In this document: piece by piece, positions 34,932-46,644 of the stretch | How the letters are laid out: each line of letters opens with the position of its first letter | How positions within the stretch are numbered: the first letter of the stretch is position 1 | Assembly: GCF_964355755.1 (NCBI RefSeq) | Contig: NC_092670.1 | Location: forward strand, 14,494,795 to 14,558,794 | From: Antedon mediterranea | Taxonomy: Eukaryota; Animalia; Echinodermata | Direction: 5' to 3' | Length of the DNA stretch: 64,000 nucleotides | Program-made: the position numbers and the translations under genes | The notes under the pieces: generated by a model | What the model saw: only the letters and a program-made list of their open reading frames with translations | Databases searched by the model: none | Told to the model about the DNA's origin: nothing

Positions 34932-37900
34932 TTAAAATTTAATTTGAATGGCTTCATGATAGCTATAATAAATTGGAATTACTTCAGCCTGTACTGAATC
35001 AAGACCTTTGCTATAAACATGATCAATCAATGTATTGTTTTCAGTTGTAGAACATGTAACATGTTGTTTGTACTCATTCTCTGCCATTAAATTATTCACT
35101 CTGGAAGATTGTTTGAAAAGATTTTCATTAAAATCACCCATTACAATACATTTTGTGCTCATTTTATGTAACTCTTCCAAATGTTTTCTCAAATTTTGAC
35201 AGAATTGATTAATATCATAACTTGGGGGTCGATAAATTACTGACACTGCAACAGAAATCGGACTTGTTATTAAAAATGAAACTGCTTCTATATCATTATT
35301 ACATATGTTTAATCTGCTTGAAGACGTATTCTTCGCATACACTGCAACGCCACCATGAGCCTGATGTTTTATTTTGGAACTGAGATCATTTGTATTAGAA
35401 TAAGAATCATACCTTGCTTGGTGATACAATTTATACGGCTCAATGCGTACGTCAAAAAAATCATCATCCTTGTTTAACCATGTTTCAGTTAGACATATGA
35501 TATTAGAATTCATAAACAAATCATTACACTGAAGATCAACAAAATGTTGTTTAAGCCCTTGAATGTTATGTAACATTATTGAAAATCTAGAAGCCGAATC
35601 ATGACCTTGTTTATCACATTGTACGTATGAATCCATATTATTTAAGCACTTCTTTATGTTTGGATCACAATAAATCAGACTAGGTTTAAAATTTTCAATA
35701 GTAAGTCCAGTTATTGAAGTAACACGACTGAGGCCTACATATGCTTGACCATGCGTAAAAGTATCTTTAAGGCAAACCACTGCTTTATCCATTGTCATTC
35801 CTTGCACTTTATGAACTGTGCATGCATATGCTAATTTGAGAGGAAATTGTTTTCGACTGTATTTTTTTCCCATAGATTCTTTAAACATTTCAATTGCCTG
35901 AATACCAATGTCATTATTGTCAAATTTTACTTTAATAGATACTGGTTCGGTGTTATGATCAGGTTTGACTATTTCATCAACATGTCCCATACATCCATTC
36001 GTTAAGCCTTTTTTAACATCTACATTTTTAATCAACATCACTCTGGCATTAATTGCAATCCACAAATAATTTAGTAAACTAGTTTGACGTGAATTCCGAG
36101 GTTTGTCACAATTTTTGCTCTGTTTCTTGCTATTTACTACACTATCTTCTGCTTTAATGCATACAATGTCTGTACAGGTTTTGTGCAACATTTTTTTATT
36201 CCATTCATCAACTTGTTTGTTGCGTGGGTAAATATGAACAGCATCTTCACATTCTTCGCCTGTTTCACGTGATTTTAGAACTAATAAATCGTTATCAGAC
36301 AAACAATCATGTTTTTCTTTTGTACGCAATTTGTTTAACAATAAAGCAAATTGTTTATCTTCTTTTTGCCTCATGATTTGATCTAACTGTACTGGCTTAA
36401 AGTTATCTATCCACAGTGAGCTTTCCAATGTGTCTTTATATAACGAACTGCCCATCACCGGGGGTAACTGATAAAAATCACCAATAGCAATTACTGAAAT
36501 GTTACCAAATGGACTATCGTTGCGTACTTGTTTTATTTGCCTTAATCGTCCGTGGATATACCAAAGTAACCTTTGATTTACCATTGATATTTCATCTATA
36601 ATAACAATTTGCAACTGGCCCAATTTATTACGAAGTGCACTTATTTTTTCTTCTCCAAGTGGTTGATACGGAAGTGAAATATTAATCGGGATAGACAAAG
36701 CGCTATGAATTGTTTGGCCTTTAATATTATATGCTGCGATTCCTGTAGGAGCTAATTTCAATATTGACAAATCATCGGGATTTTCCATAATCTTTCCAAG
36801 AATACGTGTCGCTTCATTATAAATACAATTTACCAAATGACTTTTTCCTGTACCAGCGCCTCCAGTTATGAAAGTGTAAAATGCTTCAGGTTTTTTACCA
36901 TTAACTTTGTCTAAACACCATTGTCTTGTCTTATAAAATATATGTTGTTGTTTTTCATTTAAAGATCGAATCATTTTGTTCAATTCTGGTCTTGGAATAT
37001 TAGATGAATTAGACTCTACTTTAGATGTAGGATTTTTTTGAATTCCAAAATCTGGAATGAAAAATTCATCTTCTTCATCATCAACCTCTACATTTGGCTT
37101 TGGGTTGTCTAACCTTTCTTTTTCGCTTTCTGGACATAATAGGCTCCATGCATCTTCTTGTGGTCCACATTTTGATAAACATTCCTGTGCTTCTTCAACA
37201 TCATCAGCACTTTTTTCATATTGTTCCCTGTTTCCATGAACTATTGACTTTACCGTTTGTAATTGACAGCCACATAATTTCACACATCCTTTCTCATGAA
37301 ATTGTTCATACGTTTCAAAATTTGGAGGTTTTAACTGTTCATCTTTTCGAAATGGTAGAAATAACTGAAGTATACTCAAAAAATATTTCTCAGGTGCTGT
37401 ATCCATTGGAAATCGAGGGTATCTTACTATAGCATTACTAGTTCGTGTTCTTTTTTGGATGAATCCCAACTGTTTTTTTAACTGAAATACATTCTTTTTT
37501 TGTTTGTTTCCTTTCATTTCTGATGAACTCAATATTCTATATTCCGAACAAAATTTTGCAAGGCACATTTTATTAAATTCAGAACTATTAGGTCGAGCTT
37601 TATATTTGTCGATCTTATTTGGCAACCATGCACTTACATCATCATCTGCTTTGTTTTTAATTACACTTAGTGGTAAACTCATTCTGACAGGATTAGGTCC
37701 TACTGGGATAAATTCAACTTTCCTTGAACATTCTTTTAATCTTAAACTACAAACACGATAAATACTTTCTTGTGCAGACACTTCTCGATTATTCATATAA
37801 ACATTACCAAGTTTTCGCAAACTTTGCCTAGCATCTTCATTGCCTTCTTTCACTTCTGATGCTGCATGAGATAACAGTAAGCCCATTTCTCGTTCCGATT

Positions 37901-40900
37901 TTGACATATATCCTATAACGTAAATAATACATGCATATACATTTGTAATATACTGAATATCCATATTAGCATTCCATGCTCTCAATAAAGAAGGATTATA
38001 TTGATTTACCCACACATCTTGAGGGTTTCTCTTTATAACAATCTTTTCCTCAGTAGCTAGACAATTATTTGCTTTCTCAAATGCACTCTGTGTAATACCT
38101 AATCTTTGGAAAAGTTCTATTGCATTTTTATATGTCTCTTCATTGGTCACAGCATCTTTTACTGAGGTTAATAGCTCCATTGCTTGTTTATTGTCATCAT
38201 TATCATCACTATCTTTATCCACAATTGTAGGTCTCATAACAAATGTATTTCCAGAAGGTTGTCTGGGGAAGTTAAATCTACAGTTTGTTCCCTTTTTTTT
38301 ACATGATTTAGAATGTCTTTTACTGTGAATTTGCACACTTTTAACAATTTCATTCAGTTCGGGATCTACAGTTTCACATGGCACAGCACAAGAAATATAT
38401 TTATCGACAAAATTAATAACTTCGTTATCTTTATCTGTACCAAAAATAGGAGCATTTTCAACCCATACTAACATATGAACATGTGGACTTCCTCTCATTT
38501 GAAATTCAATTCGGTAAAAATAATCTACGACTTTACCAATAGGCTGTGCTTCAGACAAAATTACATTTTTCAAAAAAGTATGAAAACGTTTGTCAAACAT
38601 TCTGGCAACAGTCACTGGGTTTGATTTCAACAAATTACATTTATCTGCCCATTCCAATTCATCAATGTTTCTTTGGTCTCCTGACTGATTTAACAATGTC
38701 GTCATTATTTCTTTCCAACGGAAGTCAGCACTTGAGAATGAAAGAAAGAATGTTGGCTTTCCAATCTGTCTAACCATTGCTATTACATCTTTTTGTGTAG
38801 CTTGCCAGTACGGTGGAGTTCCACGAATTTGTTTTAAAAATTTATAACCCCTATCAGATTTTAAAATCTCTTCAATTTTGGTAACATTTTTTAAATCGGA
38901 TACAGTAACTTTACTAAAATCATCCTTTTTACTTGACCCTTTTCGCAATGCAATGGAAATACTTGATAAAATTTGTTGAAGTTCATATAAAGATTGAGCA
39001 TAAAATATGAATTCTGTATTTTGTGCAAACCTGTTATCTATATGCATTAATCTATTGTGAAAATAACGTCCAAGTGTTATTTTAACATCTCTCGTATCAT
39101 GGAATGTTGGTTGGCCTGTTGGAAATAACACTGGAAATGATTTTGCTTCATTGCTTTTATTACTTAACAATGCAATAGGACTATTATTTTCACATGGTGC
39201 ACAACAAATTATGTCATTAAAATATTCATCAACCAAATTTTGTCGCCTGTCAACAGGTTGAAGACTTGTATCAAAGGTAACTCCACATAATCGGTCTTCT
39301 ATTTCTTCTTCTTTTTCTTCTTCTTCAGTGTTTTCATCTTCATTAGTAGTTTCACTTTCGATGTTATCTTCAGATAAATAATTGTGCCATTCTTCATTAA
39401 TAGCTATATCAAAATAGCACTTGTTATAATCTTGTAAATATCTAAGAGCTTGAATAACATTGGCAGTGTTAACAAATTTATATTTGTAATAACCTTTGTA
39501 AGACAACTTTCGCTTCAATTTTACAGATATTAATTGATCATCAACCTGTGGTCTAGGCAGCATTTTAACAGTTTCAATAGTATTTGAAGGTACACATACA
39601 ACAGGTCCATGTATTCCATGCTGTCCACCTTTAGGTAAATTCATTAATTTCATAAAAGGAATGTTCAATCCAATCAAATGCTGCTCTAAATTATTTAAAC
39701 ACCTAAGCTCAGGAGGAATATCGTGTAGTTGTAAATTGTTTGAATTGGCTTCTGCAGGAACTTTCCCGTTTAACAATTTCCTGTGGCATGTAAAACAAAT
39801 CCATAAACGACATCTTGGTGATTCGTTAAATTGACAAGGTTTATTACATTCATTGTTGCAAATATGCAAATACTTTTCATTTATACAAGCCTTATTTTTG
39901 TACTTAGCTTTGGTACACTTCATAACTTGATCTTTAAATAACATTTTAAAGCATACACAACAAACATATTCAGGACCACGAGAAACTGTTTCCCTGAAAT
40001 TTTCTAAAACAAACTCAAAATTACTGTTTTCTTTTTTCTTTTTTTCCCTGTTTTTCATGTTTTTCTTCATAATATTTTTTCGGAACTCTTCATCACCATG
40101 ATACTTTTCTGCAAATCTTTGCTTACACCTTTCCTTAATACTTTGACGAAATTTTAAATTACCTTGATATTTTTCTGCCAATTTTTGTTTACAGTTTTGT
40201 CGAAATTCCAAATTACTCCGATACTTATCTGCCAATTTTTGCTTGCAGTTTTGACGAAATTTCAAATTATTTCGATACTTATCTGCCAATTTTTGTTTGC
40301 AGTTTTGACGAAATTTCAAATTTCTCCGATACTTATCTGCCAATTTTTGTTTGCAGTTTTGACGAAATTTCAAATTACTCCGATACTTATCTGCCAATTT
40401 TTGTTTGCAGTTTTGACGAAATTTCAAATTACTCCGGTACTTATCTGCCAATTTTTGTTTGCAGTTTTGACGAAATTTCAAATTACTCCGATACTTCTCT
40501 GCCAATTTTTGCGTAACGTTTTTTCTGAATTTTGAATTATTACGATACTTCGCTGCTAATTTTTGCTTCAAATTTTGTCTGAATTTTGAATCAATGTGAT
40601 ACTTTTCTGCATTTTTTTGTTTATTATTTTGTCTAGTTTTATGTCTAAATATTATATCATTATTGTATCTATTCTTCAATTTTTCTTTCAAATTTTGCGC
40701 AAATTTTTCATTACATTTATAATTTAACAGAATGTTGACTTGTTTGGTTGTTCGATAATCCAAATCAATATTGTAGTTATGTCTCGCTTTATTTCGTACT
40801 TTTATATTATATTCAGGTTCACATCTATACATTTTGTGTTGTCTTTCTCTGTTTTGCTTCCTTTTTTGGAATTTATAATCATCATCAGCATATCTTACTT

Positions 40901-43900
40901 GTTGTGCCTCCTTTACTTTACGTTTCTTTTCTTCTCTGTATGCAGGATCACTTTGATATTTGTTTCTATTTTCATTTTTTTTTATTGAATAATCTTTTTC
41001 TTCTCTTCTTCTTTTCATTCTCTGACGATTCTTTTCTTTTTGCTTTCTATTTTCATAAGATATTTTTCTTTTCCTTCTAAATGTTTTTACTTCATTTCCA
41101 GAACAAGGTCCCTCAACACTTTTACTCTTTTTGTGTTTTGGTTCTTTGTCTTCAAATGTGTGACATTCTTTTCTCATTTGCTTTCGTTTCTGTGTTGTAT
41201 AATTCTTTTGAGATGTCACATCCATATCAACTTGTCCTGTTGTTTCTTGAAAATTATTTTGACTGACATTGACAGATTCCACTACATTAAAATGCACATT
41301 CATGGTGTACAAAATATATATACCATTGTCAGTTGTAACATCATCAATTCTTCCCGGCTTTTTAGCAGAAAACAATTGCCACGTCAAAAGTTGATCATTA
41401 AATGAATAAATATCTGTATTAAGCAAGTTTGCCATTGCACTTATTTCAGTATTGGATGCCCACGTTCCATTATCCATTACTCTTTTTTTAAACACATATT
41501 CCTTAACTGATCTATATTCGTGACTAAATGTATTAATAAATAAGTCATCAGTTTCCAATAAATGATTAGTAATTGCTCTTCTTAAAAGTAAATGATTATC
41601 TTCAGTCCCAGAAATAATGTATGAAATTGCACGATAAAAACAATTACCATCACCTGTAATATTCGTAATTTGAAGAGGATGTCCAATCTGACTAGCTCTG
41701 TTAATACCACAATTCATATCGGTATGTTCACAATGAATGCCTACTTCTTTACACATGTTTTTCTTTTGTGCTTCTGAGATTGGAATAAATTTAAAATTCT
41801 TGCCAGGTCTCTCTCCATACTGAACATTAACAATTTCAATATCACTATCACTTTGCCATTCATTACTTGATGAGACATGACCTTCTTTATTATGTGTTTT
41901 GCCTTTAACTTTATAATCAATATTCTTGTCTGGTAATCTTGTACTACATTTATACTGATAAGACGTACTAGGTTCATCAACATCGACGTTTCCCAAGTTG
42001 CTTTGTTCACAATTATCATCGAGCACAGAAGCGGAACATAACATCATAGACTTATTTTCAATATTTACACCAGTCAGTTCAAACTCGGTTTCATGTAAAT
42101 TACAGTTCATTGACCTTGCTAATCTTATACAATAATCGTACACACCTTGCCAAGATGGACTGTAAAGTAAAATACTCTTTCCATGTTCACTAACACAACC
42201 AAATCGATCTCTTGCATGTGGATCAAATATAAGAAATCCATTTACACGTTTGATAATAGAAAATGTGCTTCTGTTGAAATTCATAAAAAATGCATCATGT
42301 TGGTGTAATTCTTTTTCAAGAGATTGGTTTAATGACAAGGCTCCATATTCAGCCATAAATTCGAGATTCCCATCTATTATGCCAAAAACTGATTCTTTGG
42401 GAGATATTACAAATGTGTTATCCAAGATATCCAATTCTTTCGGCAGTTCAGAAATCATTAAAAGGTCCTCGTGCATAGTGGAATCTTTCTGAATGTAACA
42501 GTACAACTCGTTTCCAAGAGTCAATATTGTATCAAGGTCTTTGGTGTAAAATTCATTTCCATTCCTCTTTGTAGAATAAAGAATAGCTACAAGACTATTT
42601 GCAACACACTGTTTACCACTTGCGAAGCCAAATCTATAATTTCCTTGATTAAAATTACCCTGTGCTACAGTTATATTTTCATTACTATTATATACTTGTA
42701 ATTCATTTATTGATTGTGTTTTCTGCTTTTTTCGTGTATTTTTTTGTTTTGGTACATTATCGATTATCAATTCTTCCGAAAAATTATTTTTTGTTAAAAC
42801 TTCAATATCCACATCGATAGTATGTTGGTCACATTTAGGTTTAGTATGGGACCTAATTTTTTCAGTCACTGCTTTTTTGCATCCGTCATCAATTATCAAT
42901 ACTTCATTTTTCTCAAATTCACAACTTGCACATGTTTGATTTTTATGATCTGTACCATTACTATCAATTATTCTACTTCTGTCAATCATTTTGCTATTAT
43001 TTTGTGCTTTCAGATCGTCGGTCGCTGCGTTGTCGTTTTCTACAGTACATTTAATTTTAAAATCCTCGTCAGTTTTCGTTTCTGAATTGTCATTATTACC
43101 CATGTTCTTTATATTTTTGTCAAACCGTTCCATAGTATCGCAATCATTCTTTAAATTCAGGTCCACATTACCTTGTTCTTTTTTGTTATCAATCTTCTTA
43201 GTTTTGACAAAACGACCATTGTTATTTCGTAAACGTTTCGAACCACCACCTGATTGTTGTTGTATTCCGTGTGTTACTTTTGTATTTTTCAAAACATCGC
43301 ACATAGGCCTACCACTGTCGTCAATTATTGTTTGTGAATTTCCCAATACATTCGTTTTAGCATTTTCTTTGTTGTATTGTCTGTAAGTATTTGTATTCAT
43401 ATTCCATTCCATTTTGTTATTATTTCGTCTTTCATAGAAATCTTTTACACCTTTGCCAATATATTTTACACCTGGTTCTATACTAATACCATTTATAACC
43501 CGCTTTCTCCTTTTCTTATTTCCTCTATTTTTACATCTTTTTTTTCTGTCGGTTCTTTTCTTTGATCTTACCCTCATCCAATCACTACCAAGTAAATCTT
43601 CACTTCCTGTTTGTTGACATTTTAATTTGGCATTATTACAACGTTTTTCTTTATTTTTCGTTAATTCTGGAAAGTCTGCAGTGACAGATTCATCAGGTTC
43701 TAGAATCGTATATCTATTGAAATGACAGGGAATACCTATTTCACCCAACATGTTATCAACAAAATTACTATTCCCACACGTTGAACAAATCCAAATTACC
43801 CTGGAATTACATAGTTTGTCTTCAAAAACATCTCTTACACATTTCACATGAAAATATTGACTACAACAGTCACATGTTATGCAATTGTCGTCTGCTTTCA

Positions 43901-44300
43901 CTTCAATACTACACAAATCGCATGTATCATCAAACTCTGAAATGACCTCTGTACCATAAGATAATATGTTTATGATATCATCAATTATTTCTTTAAATTC
44001 CGTTGTATCTTTGATAACTTCACAATCGACATTACATGTATCATCATTTTCCAGTTTTATAGTGCTCATGTCTTTGACATTCTTAGATAAACAACATTGG
44101 TCAAGTAGGTCCAAGATTTCATCAATGACTGTTTCAAATTCTGTTGTATCTATAATACCACTATCAACATTACCAGCTGTATTGACATTATTGTACTCTT
44201 TATTTGTATTTTCTTTATTATTCTTAAAAAAGCACCATAACATTAAGAAGAACATTAAAAACAACATACCAATAATAAAGGTTATTAATAGTGTATCCAT
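34932..44300 (-). CDS. Helentron RepHel-EN transposase, 3122 aa, intact
   Basis: Same domain motifs as the A1 ORF. Confidence 0.95.
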   Translation of the reverse strand: MDTLLITFIIGMLFLMFFLMLWCFFKNNKENTNKEYNNVNTAGNVDSGIIDTTEFETVIDEILDLLDQCCLSKNVKDMSTIKLENDDTCNVDCEVIKDTTEFKEIIDDIINILSYGTEVISEFDDTCDLCSIEVKADDNCITCDCCSQYFHVKCVRDVFEDKLCNSRVIWICSTCGNSNFVDNMLGEIGIPCHFNRYTILEPDESVTADFPELTKNKEKRCNNAKLKCQQTGSEDLLGSDWMRVRSKKRTDRKKRCKNRGNKKRRKRVINGISIEPGVKYIGKGVKDFYERRNNNKMEWNMNTNTYRQYNKENAKTNVLGNSQTIIDDSGRPMCDVLKNTKVTHGIQQQSGGGSKRLRNNNGRFVKTKKIDNKKEQGNVDLNLKNDCDTMERFDKNIKNMGNNDNSETKTDEDFKIKCTVENDNAATDDLKAQNNSKMIDRSRIIDSNGTDHKNQTCASCEFEKNEVLIIDDGCKKAVTEKIRSHTKPKCDQHTIDVDIEVLTKNNFSEELIIDNVPKQKNTRKKQKTQSINELQVYNSNENITVAQGNFNQGNYRFGFASGKQCVANSLVAILYSTKRNGNEFYTKDLDTILTLGNELYCYIQKDSTMHEDLLMISELPKELDILDNTFVISPKESVFGIIDGNLEFMAEYGALSLNQSLEKELHQHDAFFMNFNRSTFSIIKRVNGFLIFDPHARDRFGCVSEHGKSILLYSPSWQGVYDYCIRLARSMNCNLHETEFELTGVNIENKSMMLCSASVLDDNCEQSNLGNVDVDEPSTSYQYKCSTRLPDKNIDYKVKGKTHNKEGHVSSSNEWQSDSDIEIVNVQYGERPGKNFKFIPISEAQKKNMCKEVGIHCEHTDMNCGINRASQIGHPLQITNITGDGNCFYRAISYIISGTEDNHLLLRRAITNHLLETDDLFINTFSHEYRSVKEYVFKKRVMDNGTWASNTEISAMANLLNTDIYSFNDQLLTWQLFSAKKPGRIDDVTTDNGIYILYTMNVHFNVVESVNVSQNNFQETTGQVDMDVTSQKNYTTQKRKQMRKECHTFEDKEPKHKKSKSVEGPCSGNEVKTFRRKRKISYENRKQKEKNRQRMKRRREEKDYSIKKNENRNKYQSDPAYREEKKRKVKEAQQVRYADDDYKFQKRKQNRERQHKMYRCEPEYNIKVRNKARHNYNIDLDYRTTKQVNILLNYKCNEKFAQNLKEKLKNRYNNDIIFRHKTRQNNKQKNAEKYHIDSKFRQNLKQKLAAKYRNNSKFRKNVTQKLAEKYRSNLKFRQNCKQKLADKYRSNLKFRQNCKQKLADKYRSNLKFRQNCKQKLADKYRRNLKFRQNCKQKLADKYRNNLKFRQNCKQKLADKYRSNLEFRQNCKQKLAEKYQGNLKFRQSIKERCKQRFAEKYHGDEEFRKNIMKKNMKNREKKKKENSNFEFVLENFRETVSRGPEYVCCVCFKMLFKDQVMKCTKAKYKNKACINEKYLHICNNECNKPCQFNESPRCRLWICFTCHRKLLNGKVPAEANSNNLQLHDIPPELRCLNNLEQHLIGLNIPFMKLMNLPKGGQHGIHGPVVCVPSNTIETVKMLPRPQVDDQLISVKLKRKLSYKGYYKYKFVNTANVIQALRYLQDYNKCYFDIAINEEWHNYLSEDNIESETTNEDENTEEEEKEEEIEDRLCGVTFDTSLQPVDRRQNLVDEYFNDIICCAPCENNSPIALLSNKSNEAKSFPVLFPTGQPTFHDTRDVKITLGRYFHNRLMHIDNRFAQNTEFIFYAQSLYELQQILSSISIALRKGSSKKDDFSKVTVSDLKNVTKIEEILKSDRGYKFLKQIRGTPPYWQATQKDVIAMVRQIGKPTFFLSFSSADFRWKEIMTTLLNQSGDQRNIDELEWADKCNLLKSNPVTVARMFDKRFHTFLKNVILSEAQPIGKVVDYFYRIEFQMRGSPHVHMLVWVENAPIFGTDKDNEVINFVDKYISCAVPCETVDPELNEIVKSVQIHSKRHSKSCKKKGTNCRFNFPRQPSGNTFVMRPTIVDKDSDDNDDNKQAMELLTSVKDAVTNEETYKNAIELFQRLGITQSAFEKANNCLATEEKIVIKRNPQDVWVNQYNPSLLRAWNANMDIQYITNVYACIIYVIGYMSKSEREMGLLLSHAASEVKEGNEDARQSLRKLGNVYMNNREVSAQESIYRVCSLRLKECSRKVEFIPVGPNPVRMSLPLSVIKNKADDDVSAWLPNKIDKYKARPNSSEFNKMCLAKFCSEYRILSSSEMKGNKQKKNVFQLKKQLGFIQKRTRTSNAIVRYPRFPMDTAPEKYFLSILQLFLPFRKDEQLKPPNFETYEQFHEKGCVKLCGCQLQTVKSIVHGNREQYEKSADDVEEAQECLSKCGPQEDAWSLLCPESEKERLDNPKPNVEVDDEEDEFFIPDFGIQKNPTSKVESNSSNIPRPELNKMIRSLNEKQQHIFYKTRQWCLDKVNGKKPEAFYTFITGGAGTGKSHLVNCIYNEATRILGKIMENPDDLSILKLAPTGIAAYNIKGQTIHSALSIPINISLPYQPLGEEKISALRNKLGQLQIVIIDEISMVNQRLLWYIHGRLRQIKQVRNDSPFGNISVIAIGDFYQLPPVMGSSLYKDTLESSLWIDNFKPVQLDQIMRQKEDKQFALLLNKLRTKEKHDCLSDNDLLVLKSRETGEECEDAVHIYPRNKQVDEWNKKMLHKTCTDIVCIKAEDSVVNSKKQSKNCDKPRNSRQTSLLNYLWIAINARVMLIKNVDVKKGLTNGCMGHVDEIVKPDHNTEPVSIKVKFDNNDIGIQAIEMFKESMGKKYSRKQFPLKLAYACTVHKVQGMTMDKAVVCLKDTFTHGQAYVGLSRVTSITGLTIENFKPSLIYCDPNIKKCLNNMDSYVQCDKQGHDSASRFSIMLHNIQGLKQHFVDLQCNDLFMNSNIICLTETWLNKDDDFFDVRIEPYKLYHQARYDSYSNTNDLSSKIKHQAHGGVAVYAKNTSSSRLNICNNDIEAVSFLITSPISVAVSVIYRPPSYDINQFCQNLRKHLEELHKMSTKCIVMGDFNENLFKQSSRVNNLMAENEYKQHVTCSTTENNTLIDHVYSKGLDSVQAEVIPIYYSYHEAIQIKF
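40095..40610 (-). repeat. 54-bp (18-aa) coding repeat, ~8 units, homogenised LADKYRSNLKFRQNCKQK
   Basis: Translation and DNA. Confidence 0.9.
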
Positions 44301-44682
44301 TATGTATGGTTAATCAAATCCAGAAATTGTTTTCAAATTCTATACAATTGATGTATTCTACTTCGTAATTACTTTATACAAATATGTTTTTTTTCCTGCT
44401 AAACTTATATTTATCTTTCCAAATTGTGTTTCGAGACAACTAATGTTTATATTCACTACGCCTAACTTTTTTGGTTCTGCAAAAGCCTTGATAAAGTTTC
44501 TATAGATAATAGAAAGATAGATAGATTTAGATAGATAGATAGATAATAGACTGCTGTCTATAAAAAGATTTGAGATTTCGTTTTATTCATCCAGTGGAGA
44601 TTTTGCTTAAAATAATTCATCCAGTGGAGATTTTGCTTTAAATTTGCTTTCGTTGTTGCTGTTTTGTAATACTTATAATCGG

Positions 44683-44762
44683 TTAATCCTCGTTGGTACT
44701 CTCTTTCGGAGAGCAGGATCTCTTTCGGAGATCCGGGTCTCTTCTGAGACCCAGCGGATTAA
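44683..44762 (-). other. Triple-hairpin element, A2 copy
   Basis: Matches 20411-20490. Confidence 0.6.
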
Positions 44763-46069
44763 TTCTTCAAAACTCTGCAATAAAAGAGAAAGAAAAATTA
44801 TTAATAATGTTATATATATTTTTTCTCTACCCCATGACTTATAAGAGAAAATTCTTGCATAGTATTAGTAGGCATGCTCAAGCAGCATAATTGTAATACG
44901 CATGATATAATCATTCACTTCACAATCTTTGTGCAATTTAATCGCTTAATTAAACTCATTAGTCGTTAAAGATGATAGATCAAAGAAACATACTATGTTG
45001 TGAGTCATAACTTGAAAATAATGTAGTCCAAACTATATGATTCTAGTTGGTATCTTTTACATAACCCAATTTTTTTTATAGGTTAAAATAAACTACAAAA
45101 ACTAATGTATTTTTTTTAATAAGGCCCTGTCATAGGTATCATGTAAAATGAATAATGATTAATCGGCAGCACACGTGACTCATAATACACAAAATACTGT
45201 ATAACACATTTCATGGTACCTGTAGTAGATTTTATCGATTTTAAATGATGTAAACTTTATTTTGCATTTTTAACAATTTGTAATGTATTTGTTTTACCAC
45301 ATCTTGATATTAACTGTATCAAGGGGTGTAATTGCTTCTTAATCAATGTCTGAAAAATTAATAAATTTCCTCAAAATGACTTTGGGTATGAGACGGCTGA
45401 TTAGGGCCTACATGTAGTCTCAATGCTAATTTCATTTAATATTCACAAACAATAAAATCTGAATTATGTAAATGTTTCATAATAGAAAATGCCTACAAAA
45501 TAACAGGCAACAGTTCACAAAGTAAGGAAAATATGTTTTCTCCGTTTAACAGATAATCTACTAATACTCACAGCTGTAGCTGACACTGTAGGCCTATATT
45601 TTCTACAATCTAAAAAATACAAGTAAAAACATTAATAATGGCAATAAACAACATAAACACTTTTTCCAAATCAACATGCTTCTTAATCAATGTCTGAAAA
45701 ATTAAGAAATTTCCTCAAAATGACTTTGGGTATGGGCCGGCTGATTACATGTGGTCTCAATGCTAATTTCATTTAATATTTTAATCACAAACAATAAAAT
45801 CTGAATTATGTAAATGTTTCATAATAGAAAATAATGCCTAAAAAATAAAAGGCAACAGTTCACTCCCAATCATGAGGCCATTAATCATCTCTACAAATTA
45901 TTTATTTTAATTTATGTACACTACTTACGATATTCTAGAGATTATGAAGTAAAAACAATGTTATTACACTATTGTTTATCTCTTCCAACAGCTACAAGAC
46001 AAAAATATATTCTATAAAATATATTATAAAAATCAATACAAATTGTGATCAAAACAGCCACAACATTTG

Positions 46070-46644
46070 GGCGCTAGTTCTGTTTCGCACCTGTCATTTA
46101 TTTCGATTCAAAATTTGTTTAGTAACTTTATCGTGAGTACCACACCTTAGAATTAGGCCTCAAATACTTTTATGAAGGAGATCACACAAAAAGTAAAAAA
46201 TAAATCCTTTAAATTGATGAATTTACAGACGTGTTTCTCGCACATCGGTTCGTGAATTTCGCATAGGCCTACGCCATGTTCAATGTTGTTGTGTCTATGA
46301 AGCGCCAATTGACATTGGCAAAATATATTAAAATTGAACGTAATTTTCACTAATAAATGCATTAAATATACGCATTATATTGAGTTTTCAGCTCTCTATT
46401 ATGATTGCTCTTTTGGCGCTCCATAGAAACAACAACATTGAACGCAAAATTCACTAACCGATGTGCGATAAGCACGTCTGTACATTCATCAATTAAAATA
46501 ATTTATTTGTTACTTTTTGTGTGATCTTCTTCGTAAAAGTATTTTTGCGGCCTAATTCTAAGTTGTGGTACTCACAATAAAGTTACTAGGCCTAAACAAA
46601 TTTTGAGTCGAAATAAATGACAGGTGCGAAACGGAACTAGCGCC
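46070..46644. mobile_element. Foldback/MITE nested in A2 at the same site as in A1
   Basis: Same TIRs; TSD AACATTTG / AATATTTG; lacks the terminal duplication. Confidence 0.83.
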